From the human T2T-CHM13v2.0 reference genome, Homo sapiens: a DNA stretch of 64,000 bases. Location of the stretch: the NCBI RefSeq assembly GCF_009914755.1, contig NC_060933.1. The stretch is one strand, 5' to 3'. The translations under genes and the position numbers were made by a program. Position 1 is the stretch's first letter. Each line of letters begins with the position of its first letter. The notes below the pieces were generated by a model. It made no database searches. It saw nothing but the letters and a program-made list of their open reading frames with translations, and was not told the origin of the DNA. Shown piece by piece: positions 45,727 to 62,558 of this stretch.

Positions 45727-45966
45727 CTTCTTTTTAGCCCTTTTCTTGCTAAATTTTCATCCAGGCTAGTGATTTGTAAAAATTTCTATCTGTGGGTCTT
45801 AGATTTGGTTTTAGGGGGCTTTGGGGGAATATCTCTGCCCCACAATAGCCCTCCAGCAATGTGAAGCAGCGTTGTGTCTTGTAAATCTTTTCTTCCCTGG
45901 GTAGACAGCCCCAGTCCCATCAGCTGATAGTCTGGAAACTCCTCTTCACCCTGTGGAGCACAGGAC
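45727..45966 (-). pseudogene. Candidate decayed antisense exon (240 nt, phase 2 to 2)
   Basis: catctatttcag| acceptor, AAG|gtgagt donor; SCAPQGEEEFPDYQ...KTHR*KFLQITSLDENLARKGLKR, one TAG. Confidence 0.6.
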
Positions 45967-46446
45967 CTGAAATAGATGTTGTCAAAGATTTGATCCCCAG
46001 TTGACTTTCTCACTTTCTTATCCTGTAAGCCTCTGAAGAGCTGCAAAATTGCTCTAAAAGAGACAGTACAAACCAGACTAAATTGGAAGCCCATTAGAAG
46101 CTGTCATCTAGCCAATTTCTCTTCACATAGTAGGTAGGAAAAAAAAAAGAGAGTGAAAGGTGGGACTAGTTTATCCACTAATATTCTGCCATGTTAATAA
46201 TTTTCCTGCAGAAATGTTGCTTGCTGTGTCATAGAACTTTTTTTAATTTTTCATATCAACTAGAATAATCTTTTTCTGATTTTTTTTCTAAACTTTACAA
46301 GTAAAATAGATCTTTATAACATAGCACACCTTAATGATTAAAGATCTTTGACATTTCATCATAACTTAAGAAAAAAACATTTAAATTTCAGGACAATTAT
46401 TGAATCTAAGAGCTAAGGACTAAACACTACGTCGAAAGCTAGTTAT

Positions 46447-46685
46447 GGCTGAGTGTGGTGGCTCACACCTGTAATCCCAGCCCTTTGAGAGGCTGAGGTG
46501 GGAGGATCACTTGAGGCCAGGAGTTGAAGACAAGCCTGGGCAACATAGGGAGACCTTGTCTCTACAAAAATTTTTTTTAAAAATTAGCCTAAAAGTTCAA
46601 GGTTACAATGAGCTATGATTGCACCACTGCATTCCAGCCCAGGTGACAGAGTGAGACCCTGTTTCTAAAAATAAAAACAAAAAAG
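46447..46685 (+). mobile_element. Alu with right-arm deletion
   Basis: Left arm, linker, truncated right arm. Confidence 0.85.
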
Positions 46686-47349
46686 AAAGCTCATTTTTAA
46701 ATGCTGCTAATGGTTAGTTTGAAGTGGCATCCCCAGCTTCTTTGTATGACCCAATTAATTTTTTAAATAATGGAAGAAGATTAGGTGAAATTTTTAAAAA
46801 CAATTCTGTCATGGGGATGAATTTTACCAGGAGATAAAGCAGCTGCGTTCTATCTTGGCTCTGTCTGTAGTTTACCATGCAGCCTTGGGTAAGTCACTTA
46901 CCTCTCTGCCTGTTTTCTTATCTACCAAATGAGGGTGTCACCCTCAATAAACTGGTTTCTTCAAACTCTTACACTATGAGCAATGGTTCTGGACCTTTTC
47001 CCCAGGGAGAGACATATATGTGGGGTCACGTTCAACTCTCAGAAGCTGAATTGTGTGTGTTGTTGTTATTGCTGCTGCTGCTTTAGTTTTAAGGCAGCAA
47101 TATAGATAAAATAGGATACAAGTTATGCATAATTTCCAGTTTTAATCCCACTCCGTTTTTTCTCAGTGATCACTGCTATTACATCAAAGAACCACTGGTC
47201 TGAAGAACTTCACAATTGTGGGCCATGTGCCACCTAGAAGATTTTTTTAATGCAAAATGCATCAATTTAAAAAACATTAATTATATTTGTAAGACCAGGG
47301 GCTAATTATTCATTCAGATGATTGCATTCCGTCTCCTAATTCTGCTTAC

Positions 47350-47583
47350 GTAGTTCTACCAAAATGAAAAATCCCCCCCCTGGTATCCCCCCTCCAAAGC
47401 AATCTCCAGAAGCCAAAGCCCTCTTGCTTTCTGGATGTCTTGATCACTTTAAAAGGCTGGATCCCCTGTTCCTCATGTGGCTGCCTTTGTTGAAGGCCCA
47501 GAAAGGTTTGCAGTGATAAGGTTTGCCCCGGGGCTGGCTACAGAGAGGCTTCTTGGAATTGAACAAGAGAGCTGTTGGGTTTC
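47350..47583 (-). pseudogene. Candidate decayed antisense exon (234 nt, phase 2 to 2)
   Basis: ctcctctttctttttag| acceptor, TAC|gtaagc donor; KPNSSLVQFQEASL*PAPGQ...FHFGRT, one TAG. Confidence 0.55.
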
Positions 47584-47688
47584 CTAAAAAGAAAGAGGAG
47601 ACTGCTCAAATAACAAAGTCTAATTTATCACCTCAGAGTCCCCCTTAATGGCAGTGAGATCCATATAGGTGCCAACCCAGACAGCCAC

Positions 47689-47940
47689 CCACATGTGTCT
47701 GTCTAAAGAGCCAATATCATTCTCTTAAAACAGCCCTGCTCATCGGTGCTGATAAAAAGCTCAGCACTTCCTCTGCCTTCCTGGAGCAAGGCTATTAAAT
47801 CTATTAGCAGAACTTCAGCCACCCAGATGCTTCCACCTTCTTCTGAAAAGCAGCCTTGTCCCAGAGAGATCACACTGAAATGGCACCTGCTTGCATCCGT
47901 ATGAATCTCAGGCTCCGAGATGACAGGCTGTCCGGCTGGC
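47689..47940 (-). pseudogene. Candidate decayed antisense exon (252 nt, phase 2 to 2)
   Basis: ggtctacag| acceptor; frame of ORF 47703..47957; one TAG; donor TGG|gtggct is weak and uncertain. Confidence 0.4.
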
Positions 47941-48667
47941 CTGTAGACCACAGTCATTAGCAGGTGGCAAAGATGTCACAAAACCAGAGTCAAATAAAAA
48001 CACTAGAGCTGTACAGGAGTTAGCACGACCCATCTGGCCATGTTCTCGGTAATGGGACTCAGTAGAAAACTATTATATAAGCAAGCTTGGACCCCAGATC
48101 AGGGGCTACTCCATACAGGAAGAAAGAGTTTCAGAAGGGGAATTTAACAAGTTGACAAGGTTGTAAATCAAAATGTAACCCAGATGTATGTCAGCTGGGG
48201 CTTTCCTGTCGCTTGAGATCTAAATAAGCTTTGCTTCAAATGCCGTAGTCCATAGCAGTCTGGATTCTATGACTGCTTGGAGGCTTAGGGTCTCCGCCTT
48301 GTCTCATGCTTCTGTGTCTGATCCTTAGCTCTGCAATTTGTCAGGTTGCCTATAAAGAAGGCATGCTCATGTGTGAGCAAGGTGGGCCTTACAAAAAATT
48401 GGTGTCATTGTGGAGAATCACATTTCATATTGTATGTTTCATTCCATCTAGTGGTATAGTGAACAGTCCATATTAGACTTTCCTGTGCTCTTAAGCCTGG
48501 CTACTCAAGGTGTGGCCAGAGGGCCAGCAACACCTGGATCACCTGGGTGCTTGCTAGAAATGCAGAATCTTGAGTTCTCTCTAGCCTAAGTCGGAATCCA
48601 TAATTACCAAGACACCAGGTGATTCAGCCCAATAAAGTGTGAGGAGCACAGAACTAAAGTCCTTTTC

Positions 48668-48968
48668 AGCCGGGCGCGGTGGCTCACGCCTATAATCCCA
48701 ACCCTTTGGGAGGCTAAAGCTGGGGGATAGCTTGAGGCCAGTAGTTCAAAACCAGCCTGGGCAACAAAGTGAGACCCCCCCTCCCCATCTCTACAAAAAA
48801 TTTAAAAATTATCCAGGTGTGGTGGGGCATGCTACTCGGGAGGCTGAGGTGGGAGGATCGCTTGAGCCTGGGAGTTCAAGGCTGCGGTGAGCTAAGAAGG
48901 TACCACTGCACAGTGCACTCTAGCCTAGGTAAAAGACCGTGTCTTTAAAAAGATAAATAAATACAAAA
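48668..48968 (+). mobile_element. Alu
   Basis: Sense dimer. Confidence 0.88.
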
Positions 48969-49450
48969 TATAACATTTCTTCTATCATATATTAGGTCTT
49001 TGTTTTCCTGGCTGTCCCCTTCTGGGTAGAAGATTCCTCAGGAGAGGACCTGAAATCTGTGGTTGTCATTTCTGTATCTTCAGTGCCCAGCAGAGAGAGA
49101 CTCAGAAATTAAGTGTTTTTCCTCCTGTCTTTCCCTTGGGAATCCCTACAAGTTAACAGCAATGGTCAAACAAATCCTGCCCCTAACTCGGCCCCTTTGT
49201 CTTGAGTTAGGGGCCTGGGCTACCTTTCTGAGCCACCTCAGACCCACCTGCCTCGCCCAGCTACTCATCTTTAGACGGGCCCCTGCTCCCCAGCCCTTCT
49301 CTGTTCTCCTGCTACCCAAGGGTTCCAGCTTTGCCACCAGCTACTTATGTGTGACTTTTTGAAAATCACCCTACCTTCTGGGTCTCATCTGTAAAATGAG
49401 TGGATCTGACTCATTAGCTAGAGCTGTCAACGGCAGCATTTGCAACTCAC

Positions 49451-49593
49451 AGGTGTGTTTTAATCACTGGCAAGGTACTTTGCAAGTGACTTTTTATATG
49501 ATCATTAAGGTTTGATGGGCTTTTTTAAATGAATAGAGCAGATTCAAGGTTATCCCTTTGACTGTCATTCTCGGTAGCATTCTGGTGTGCTTT
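49451..49593 (-). pseudogene. Candidate decayed antisense exon (143 nt, phase 0 to 2)
   Basis: tttttctcctgtttcag| acceptor, CCT|gtgagt donor; one stop in 47 codons. Confidence 0.4.
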
Positions 49594-49960
49594 CTGAAAC
49601 AGGAGAAAAATGGGTGGAGTTACAGGTAGCTCCAGGGATCACACATAAGCTTGGGGCACATACACCGTTGGGAGTGTGTTATGTTTCACACAGAAAAGTT
49701 GCCTGGTTATCTGTCATGTGTCTCAACAGCACAAAGACTGATCTATAAACTTTTCTGCTCCATCATCTTTTGGGCTATAAGGCCTGGTGTAAAAGAGATG
49801 GTTTTTATTTTATCTGGAGAAAAGACTGCTCTTGGAAAATGCAAATTTCCAAATATCTCCTGTGATGTAGTAGCTCCTCTTAAAATTTAAACTCACACAG
49901 AGACTTGAGGAGGTGATACTCTTTAAATTTTTTCATCTTCTTCTTTGGCTTTGCTTCCAG

Positions 49961-50244
49961 AAAGCGAGAGGAAGAAAACAAACGAAAAGAGGCAGAACAG
50001 CAAAAAGGAAGGCGGAGCCCAGATTCCTGCAGACCCCAGGCCCTTCCCTGTCTGCCTAGCACCCAGGATGTGCCCAGCAGGCAGAGCCGGGCCCCCAGCA
50101 AGCAGCCTCCTGCTGGCAACGTGGCCCAAGGCCCTGAGCCAAGAGACAGCAGAGGATCTCCAGGAGGGTCTCTAGGCGGAGCCCTCCAGAAGGAGCAGCA
50201 TGTTTCCTCAGATTTGCAGGGAACAAACTCCAGAAGGCCAAATG
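49961..50244 (+). CDS. INVS: INVS coding exon 13 (284 nt), KREEENKRKE...NSRRPN
   Basis: gcttccag|A acceptor, ATG|gtaggt donor; phase 2 to 1. Confidence 0.96.
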
Positions 50245-51084
50245 GTAGGTGTATTGCCTTTGTCATCTTCTGCCGGCCCATGGACTGTGGGCTTTTTTGA
50301 TTGGTGTATTTAGACCAATTACACTTAAGATAATTGTTATATTAGCACCTAGGACCGCCACTTTATGATTTGTGTTCTACTTGTTTCCTCTGGTTCTCAG
50401 TTCTTTTTCTTTTTTTTCCCTTCCTGTAGGTTACTTCAGCATTTTTAAAAATTCTATCTTGATTGATTTATGGTTTTTTGTTTTCTTTTCTTTTTTAGAG
50501 TGAAGTGTGAAAACCTCACTTCCATTCACCTTGTCCACTTTTACGTTTCATTGCTTAGGTATCGGATGGTGTTATAAATTTTGTTTCAATCATGAAATAC
50601 AATTTATAAAACTCACAAAGGAAATAACATTTTATGCGCCCGCCTGTATTTCTGCTCTTCTGTTGTTTCTTCTTCCTTCCTGATGCTCTAAGATTCTTGT
50701 ATCATTTCCTTTCTGTATGAAGAGCTTTCTATGGCCAATCTTTAAGGGTATGTCTGCTAGCAACAAATTCTTTCAGTTTTCCTTTGTCTGAGAATGTTTT
50801 TATTTGATTCCTGAAGAATCATTAAGCCAGATATAGAATTCAGGGTTGGCAGTTCTTTTCTTTTAGCACTTGAAAAATATTGTGCCATTTCCTTTTGGCT
50901 TCCATGGTTTCAGATGAGAAATCCACTGTCATTCAAATTGGTGTTTCTCAGTAACAGTCCTAGGTAATATGTCATTTCTCTCTGGCTGCTTTCAAGATGT
51001 TAAAATTTATCATTAGCTTTCAGAAGTTTAATATGATGTGTCTTGGCATGGCTTTTTGCAGTTTATCCTATTTAGAGTTTACTT

Positions 51085-51590
51085 GTGTGTCAGGGATCCC
51101 CATGATCCCCATCCCCAAGACTACCACCAGGTTTGGTGAGGTTGGAGGATTTACTAGTTTGACTGAGCATATAGTTGTACTCCCAGTTAGGATTTATTAT
51201 AACAAAGGGACACAAAGCAAAATGAGCAAAGAGAAAAGGTGTATGGAGCAATGTCCAGAGGAAATTAGGCACGAGCTTCCAACGGCTCTCTCCCAGTGGA
51301 GTCACACACAACACGTTTAATTCCTTCTGCAATAAATTGTAACAACCAGTCAGACAATCTTTTGTTGACAAAGAAAGCTCACATGAACCTAGGACTCCAG
51401 GATTTTTATCTGGAGTCAGTCACATAGATACCCTCTGCCTAGCATATGCCAAAATTCCAGACTCCCAGAAGGAAAGGTGTGCAGCACGAACCCTATTGTT
51501 TGCACGAAGCAATTTAAACACACTGAGCTACTCTTATAAGTTAGAGAACGGTAGGAGCTTTCCCAAAATCTAAGTGCAAATGCCAACACA
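51085..51590. mobile_element. MER21-like LTR
   Basis: ccccaagactaccaccaggtttggtg...ggatttattata...aaagcaaaat...gcacgagcttcca motifs. Confidence 0.6.
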
Positions 51591-51913
51591 GTGAAAAAGG
51601 CAAATAATGTCTTCGTATTATTATGAAAATAGCCCTGACCTTATGGACTTTCTCAGAAAGGGGCTCTGGAACTTCATGATTACTGAATTCAGGGCTTGGA
51701 CAGTTCAGTCTGTTTCTTTGAACCTTAACTTCCTTAGCTATAAAGTGAGGGTATACTTTCTACACCACAAGGTAGCTATGGATAGAAATAATTCATGTAG
51801 TGTACTTGTTATAGCCCATAACTCATCATAGGTTTTCAGTAACTATTATTATTGAGCCACTCATTAATCTAGCCAAGAACAACTACAGAAAAGTATACAT
51901 AAAATGACTACAG

Positions 51914-52190
51914 GCCGGGTGCAGTGACTCACACCTATAATCCCAACACTTTGGGAGGCTGGGGCAGGTGGATTACTTGAGGCCAGGAGTTCAAGACCAG
52001 CCTGGCCAACTTGGCGAAACTCCATCTCTACTAAAAATATACAAATTAGCCAGGCATCGTGGTGCATGCAACTCAGGAGGCTGAATCACAAGAATTGCTT
52101 GAACTTGAGAGGCGGAAGTTGCAGTGAACCGAGATTGCGTCACTGCACTCCAGCCTGGGTGACAGTGAGACTCTGTCTCAAAAAATATAT
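51914..52190 (+). mobile_element. Alu
   Basis: Sense dimer. Confidence 0.88.
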
Positions 52191-52604
52191 ATATCTAAAA
52201 TGAATATAAACATTTCTGGAATATAATTCCATAATCCACTTTACAGTGTAATCCTTAAGGATTATATACTCATGATGCTTTGGTACATATTCATTCATTT
52301 ATTCATCCAACCAGCTTTAATTAAGCTCCCATAATGTGACAGCCATGTTGAACTTCCTTGAGTTCTTTCTTAGCTTGGGGCCTTTGCAGATGCCACTCCC
52401 TCTACCTTATTTTTTAGATATCAGGGATAATGTTTCTTCTTCTGTTCAACCAATATCTCCCCGCTAAAGGAGGCTATAGTTTCCTGCTATTGCTTCCATA
52501 CTTCTCCTATACTTCCCTCTTATAAAGATCATCACTTTTTACTGTTATTACTGGTTTACTTGTCATTTTTTCCACCAAACTGCAAGATCTGTAAGAGTAG
52601 GGCT

Positions 52605-55385
<2,781 letters not shown>

Positions 55386-55924
55386 TCACCCAGTTTATCC
55401 ATTCACCTACTGAAGAAACATCTTGGTTGCTTCCATGTTTTGGCCGTTATGAATAAAGCTACTATAACATCCCTGTGCAGCTTGTATGGACATAAGTTTT
55501 CAACTTATTTGAGTAAATATAAAGGAGTGTGATTGCTGGATCTTATGTAAGAATATGTTTAGTTTTGTAAGAAACTGCCAAACTGTCTTCCAAAGTGGAT
55601 GTACCATTTTGCATTCCTACCAGCAATGAATGAAAGTTCTTATTGCTCCACATCCCCACCAGCATTTGGTCACTGTTTTGGATTTTTGCCATTCTAATAG
55701 GTGTGTAGTGGTATCTTGTAGTTTTAGTTTTTTTTTTTGGCCCGGTGGGGTGGGGGTTGCATATATGTGAAACATTGTAACAGCTCTAAGAGTCAGAGCT
55801 ATACAAAAAGGTGGAGCCAGAGAAGTGTCTCTCACTCCCTCTTCATCTCTACTATCCAGCTCCCATTTCTCTTTTCTTTCCACCTCTTTCCCACTCAACT
55901 CCTGCAGGTAATCAATTTCTTTAG

Positions 55925-57128
<1,204 letters not shown>

Positions 57129-57967
57129 TAACTGTTGCTTATGGTACATTGTTTCCTCATGCATTTTGTGATTTTGGATTGTGAAGTCATTTTCAGAGGA
57201 CTCCGTTGTGCAGCCTGAGTTGAGGGCATGTCACACTAAAGCAATATTGTGTTTGCTTCTGTGAGGCATCCTGGGATATCTCCATCCTAAGACCAGTTTT
57301 TATAGTAATATCTCCTATGGATTGAGAATAAATGAATACCAAGCCCATGTAAGGAAGACGACTTTGGTTTTAAATTCTTATGGGAGACTCCTTACCCCAT
57401 CCAGAACCTGGGCTGAAACAAACTTCCTTGTCATCTCTAAGTGCTGGAGAGCAGATTTTAAAATCTGGATTATTTCCAAAAGGTATATCCCTTCAAGAGT
57501 GCTGGCTTCATGTAGAGTCTTGGTTCCAGTTAACTTTCTTCCTGCAAGGCCTCATTTTCTGTTCTTATGTAGATGTTAAAGCACAGCCAGATATTTAATA
57601 AGACCATCTGTTGCCCACTCCACCACCATTACCTGCCTAGACAGTCACTGGATCAGCTCACATACTTAATTGCTTTGATTTTCAATTTTCTCTTTGTTTT
57701 TGGCCTCCAGAGTTCCTTTATTTTCTTAAAGGCATGACAGTGCTTTCCAAAGGATATCCACTATATTTTCGTTAAGGCGAGAAGGGCTTCAGGTTATCTA
57801 ACCTACCATATTGCTGGAAATAGAAGTTAAACCGTTTTTTTCCTAGTCTGTAACTGCCACTATTATGGTGATGATATAGGCTAAGTCTGAATATTTTATG
57901 TGAACATATTAGGAAAATTATCCTACTCTGCAAGTTTTGGACAATATTTTTTCTTTGTTTCCTCAAG

Positions 57968-58685
57968 AAACAGCCAGAGAACATTCTAAAGGCCAATCTG
58001 CTTGTGTCCACTTCAGACCCAATGAAGGCAGTGATGGAAGCAGGCATCCAGGAGTTCCCTCTGTTGAGAAGTCCAGAGGTGAGACAGCTGGCGATGAGCG
58101 GTGTGCAAAGGGGAAAGGCTTCGTGAAGCAGCCCTCCTGTATCAGGGTGGCTGGGCCTGATGAGAAAGGAGAGGACTCCAGGCGGGCAGCTGCAAGCCTT
58201 CCACCGCACGATAGCCACTGGAAGCCCAGCAGGCGGCATGACACAGAACCCAAGGCCAAATGTGCCCCCCAGAAAAGGCGCACTCAAGAGCTCAGAGGAG
58301 GAAGGTGCTCCCCGGCTGGTTCTAGCCGCCCTGGCAGTGCCCGGGGGGAGGCGGTCCATGCTGGGCAGAATCCTCCCCACCATCGTACACCAAGAAACAA
58401 AGTGACACAAGCCAAGCTCACAGGAGGGCTCTATTCACATTTGCCACAGAGCACAGAGGAGTTGAGGTCAGGAGCTAGGAGGCTGGAGACATCTACCCTG
58501 TCCGAGGACTTTCAGGTATCTAAGGAGACTGATCCAGCACCTGGTCCCCTCTCTGGGCAGAGTGTGAATATTGACCTTCTCCCCGTAGAGCTCCGACTGC
58601 AGATAATTCAGAGAGAACGAAGGAGGAAGGAGCTGTTTCGCAAAAAGAACAAGGCAGCAGCAGTCATCCAGCGCGCCTGGCGAAG
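57968..58685 (+). CDS. INVS: INVS coding exon 14 (718 nt), ETAREHSKG...D-box 2 (RKELFRKKN) and start of IQ motif 2
   Basis: ttcctcaag|AA acceptor, AAG|gtagga donor; within ORF 57937..58689; phase 1 to 2. Confidence 0.96.
58079..58588 (+). other. INVS: In-frame exitron (510 nt) inside INVS exon 14
   Basis: GAG|gtgaga donor; attgaccttctccccgtag| acceptor; 510 nt = 170 codons. Confidence 0.8.
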
Positions 58686-59522
58686 GTAGGAAAATGGGGT
58701 GCTGCCGCATCTGTGGTTCTTTGTTACTGATATTCTCAACATGACATCTGTGCTCTTTGATGTTTTCCCAGTGAGTTCCATGTGGTGGCATGGTAAGGCC
58801 AATTTTATAGAGCCTACCCATGAAATTCACACCAGATCCTAGTAATTTACATTGTATAAACCATTTGGAAGATGTTTTTGCCTAGAAAGATGGGAAAGTG
58901 CTCAGGACAGCATGGGGTAAAGGAAAAAGCCCTGGGTTTGTAACCATGAAATGTGAGGTTCAGGTAAGCTCTAACAGGTTATGTGACTTTGGGCAAATCA
59001 CATGGCCCCCCTGACCCTCTGCTTCTTCATCTGTAAAACAGGATTTAATAATTGTTGCACATGTCCTGTTAATATGACAGGTTGCTGGAATGAGATAATG
59101 CACGCTTCATTAATTCTAAATTACTACACATAGGAGATACTTTATTTTTATTCTTATGTCTTTACTACCCAGGAACTAGTCATACTCCAAACACCTAAAC
59201 CAGGGTCTGGATATAACAGATTGAGTGACTAAACTGTATTATGTAAACCTGTCTGAGCATCTACCAAGCTCAAAATACATAGTAGGCACTGGGAGTGAGG
59301 GTGAAGGCTGTCCTAAAAGCCTGAAACAGACTCCCAATATAGTAGAGACAAATGCCTCTAGGGGATGATTATGGGAGGACTTGAGGGGTCTTATTGCTAC
59401 AAATGTTCACGTCTCATAATCTCTTTCATCCTGAAAGCCTCACTAGAGCCTAAATCTAAATTAGGCCTTACAGTGATGAATGTCCAGAGAGAAGCTGGAC
59501 CCATCACCAATAGGTGGGAGTT

Positions 59523-59844
<322 letters not shown>

Positions 59845-60479
59845 TCACTGGGGAGAGGAAGACGGATGGGGAGGGAGACAAGGCAAGGAAATAATGCGGC
59901 ACAGGTGTATGAGATATCGAGGTTCCCGTCAGGAGAAAAAGGAAGACGTTCTCTCCTTAACATTGGCAGGGAGAAAACTAGATAGATTCCCAGGAGGTCC
60001 AGGGAGAGGCCTCCGTTCATATCATACCAGAGACTGCCTAACCCAGAGCCGGGTGATCTGGTTTGTGCTTGCACAGGCTTTGCAATGTGTTCTCCCTATG
60101 TCTGTTTCAGCTCTTGGCCATTAACAAAGTCCTCTCATGCCTGACCCCATGTGAACTCCCAACCACACCAGGAAGCCATCATGACAGGGAGCAGTATCCC
60201 CATTTTTCAGACGAGAGGAAAAACTGACTTGTCCTTTTGGTGCAGATCCAGCACTTGAACCTCTGGCTGACTCAAATCCAAGGGCCTTTCCCTTACATTA
60301 TTAGTGAAGTTAGTTTTTGCTGTGGTCAAGCTAAGGGAGGTGGAGGTGGGCCCCATGCACTTTGCCTGAAAATAGGCTGGAGAAGGCTGCCTGGTTGGTG
60401 TCACACACATCAGGGTAACCAGGAGAAGGGTGATGTTACTACTACCAATTGTTAACATACTAGTATTATTTATTGGACA

Positions 60480-60670
60480 CTTGTGCCACTGTTCAAACTA
60501 GTTTTACCTGTGCATGTAATCGTCACTGATAACCCTGCAAGGTAGGTATTGTTCTTATCCCCGTTACACAGATGAGGAAACTGAAGCACAGAGAGGTTCA
60601 TCAACTCACCAACATTACAGAGCAAGTGCCAGGGCTGGCTTTGAGCCAAGACAGTCGGCCTCGAAAGCCA
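60480..60670. mobile_element. MIR (other MIR-like cores near 9000, 10130, 26420, 34540, 34950, 35760, 59030)
   Basis: Core motif cagatgaggaaactgaagcacagagaggtt. Confidence 0.75.
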
Positions 60671-62558
60671 CAGGTGGAAATGGCCATTGCACTCTGTGGG
60701 ACATGCACTGGCTACCATCCAGATGAACTTTTTAAGTATTCTGGCTAAAATCTAGGATCTAAACAAGCCAGCAAGGTTTACCACGCCAGACCCCACAGCT
60801 GCTCCCTACCTGAAATGTCTCCTTCTCCGACTGTCTGACTCCTTTGAAGAGTCAGAAGCTGACAGGTCCTGTCAGTTAGTGACCAGAGTAGCAAATGAGC
60901 CTTCAGTCATTCCCCCAAGAACAGTGGGCTTATGGTCTAACATGCCCACCTGCGTAGGTAACTACACAGGCCCCCTCTGGATGTGCCATTGTGCAATTCT
61001 GAGGCCCAAAGGACTTCTGGGATTGTTGCACATTGCAGAAAGCCAAGTCTGGTGACAGTAAACACACTTTTATTGATTCTATTATATTTTAACTACATTT
61101 TCTATTGTAAATACAGGAGCCTGAAGCGCTGTCCTGCAAGTGTATCTGATAGCAAACCTAAGCAGTGAGGGCTGGGGCAGGGGTCAGGGCTGGACACTAA
61201 GTGTTCAGTGCAGGCTGTGGTTATAGGGGACAGGTGGAGGATGGAGAAAAGGAGCTGGAAAACAGGCAGGGAAGAAGTGGGCAAAATGAACCTTGGGTCC
61301 TGAGAAAATGAAACTTGATCTTAAAATTGTCAGTTTAATAACCAAGTAAGATGACTATTTTAAAGATTGAAACAGGATCCTGGACAAGCTGAGCAGGAAA
61401 GGTGCTGCTGGGCCCACTGAGGGCTGACACCATTAACAGCTTCAGCCACTACGTGGGCTTCCCCCCAAGTTCTGTGCCCACAAGAGCAGAAGGTATGGAA
61501 GACAGCATTTCAAACAGGAGAAACTGAATTATAGCGCGGTAGTGCCATACTTTTCTCTAGACTTGGCTTTTTGGAAATGTGGTACGTATTCTAGTAGAGG
61601 GATGCCATGGTGTTACCCTCCAGGACAGAAGGAAGAGTAGTGTAGGCTGACTGAAATCAGCCTTTGGGGAAGGAGGGAGGGGCTGCACCAAGCGCTGCAA
61701 GGAGCTTTTAGCAGACTTAGGAAAAAGATTACTTCCCATTTGGTGCAGCCCAAATGGGATCACTGTAAAATCAGACATGAAGCCTGTTGCTCTCTGCAGC
61801 TACCTATAGGCTCACTAGGAATAAAGACAGATACAGATAATAAACATTGCTGCAGCTTTCCTTTGGAGGCCTCAAAATAGTTGTTGTGCTCAGTAAGTTT
61901 GGGAGTGCATGTGGGACTGAAAACATCAAATAAATCCTAGATGTAAATATAGCCATCATCCCCATTCCTCACCCACTCTAAACCCACCTCCAACAGACTT
62001 ATCTTAGTAAGATGCAGCTCATACCTTTACCACTCTAAAGCCCCCTTTCGTCACCAAATACACAGTGCTTCCACATTGTGTTACTGACTTTCTGGCACAA
62101 ATGCCTCTATCTATCTCTGCTGATGCCAGTTCTGCTACGTAGAATGCCCTTCTCTGCCTGGTAAGCTCCTATTCATCTTTTAAAATCCAGCACAAATATT
62201 AACCTTGTGAAACCTTACCAAACCATCAGTCAGTCCTGCATCTGTTTGCACAACCAGCTCCTTGCTCTTGCACAGTACTCTCATGCCACACGTACCTCTT
62301 TACACAGCAGCCTGTTCCACTAGTCTGTGAGCTCCTTGAAGGCAAGGAATCATGATTGAATCCTAGTTCAGGAGGTGTTTGATAATGGAAAAAGAATTCC
62401 ACATTCAACATGCTGCCGCCAAAATTAGGAATGGGAGCTTGAATGAACCTACCAGGAATTCAGCAAATACTACTCCTATAGCTTCTAGAAACCTTAAGGA
62501 AATTTAGTTTTCTCAGTACTGTGATCTTAAAGCCTCTCCTCTCCTCTGACCCAACCAG

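Noticed and set aside
44986-47583. Resemblance of relic exons to collagen TSPN (KTSRK, DQQWH) or beta/gamma-crystallin (FPDYQ) motifs
   Set aside because: Matches are short, fall in different frames and are mutually inconsistent; not enough to assign a family without a search.
57772-58410. 212-aa minus-strand ORF
   Set aside because: Mostly the antisense shadow of GC-rich INVS exon 14; no independent support.
60207-60296. Ankyrin-like NNVRERPLDL in minus ORF 60207..60458
   Set aside because: This part looks MIR-derived and lies beyond a gtaagg donor.
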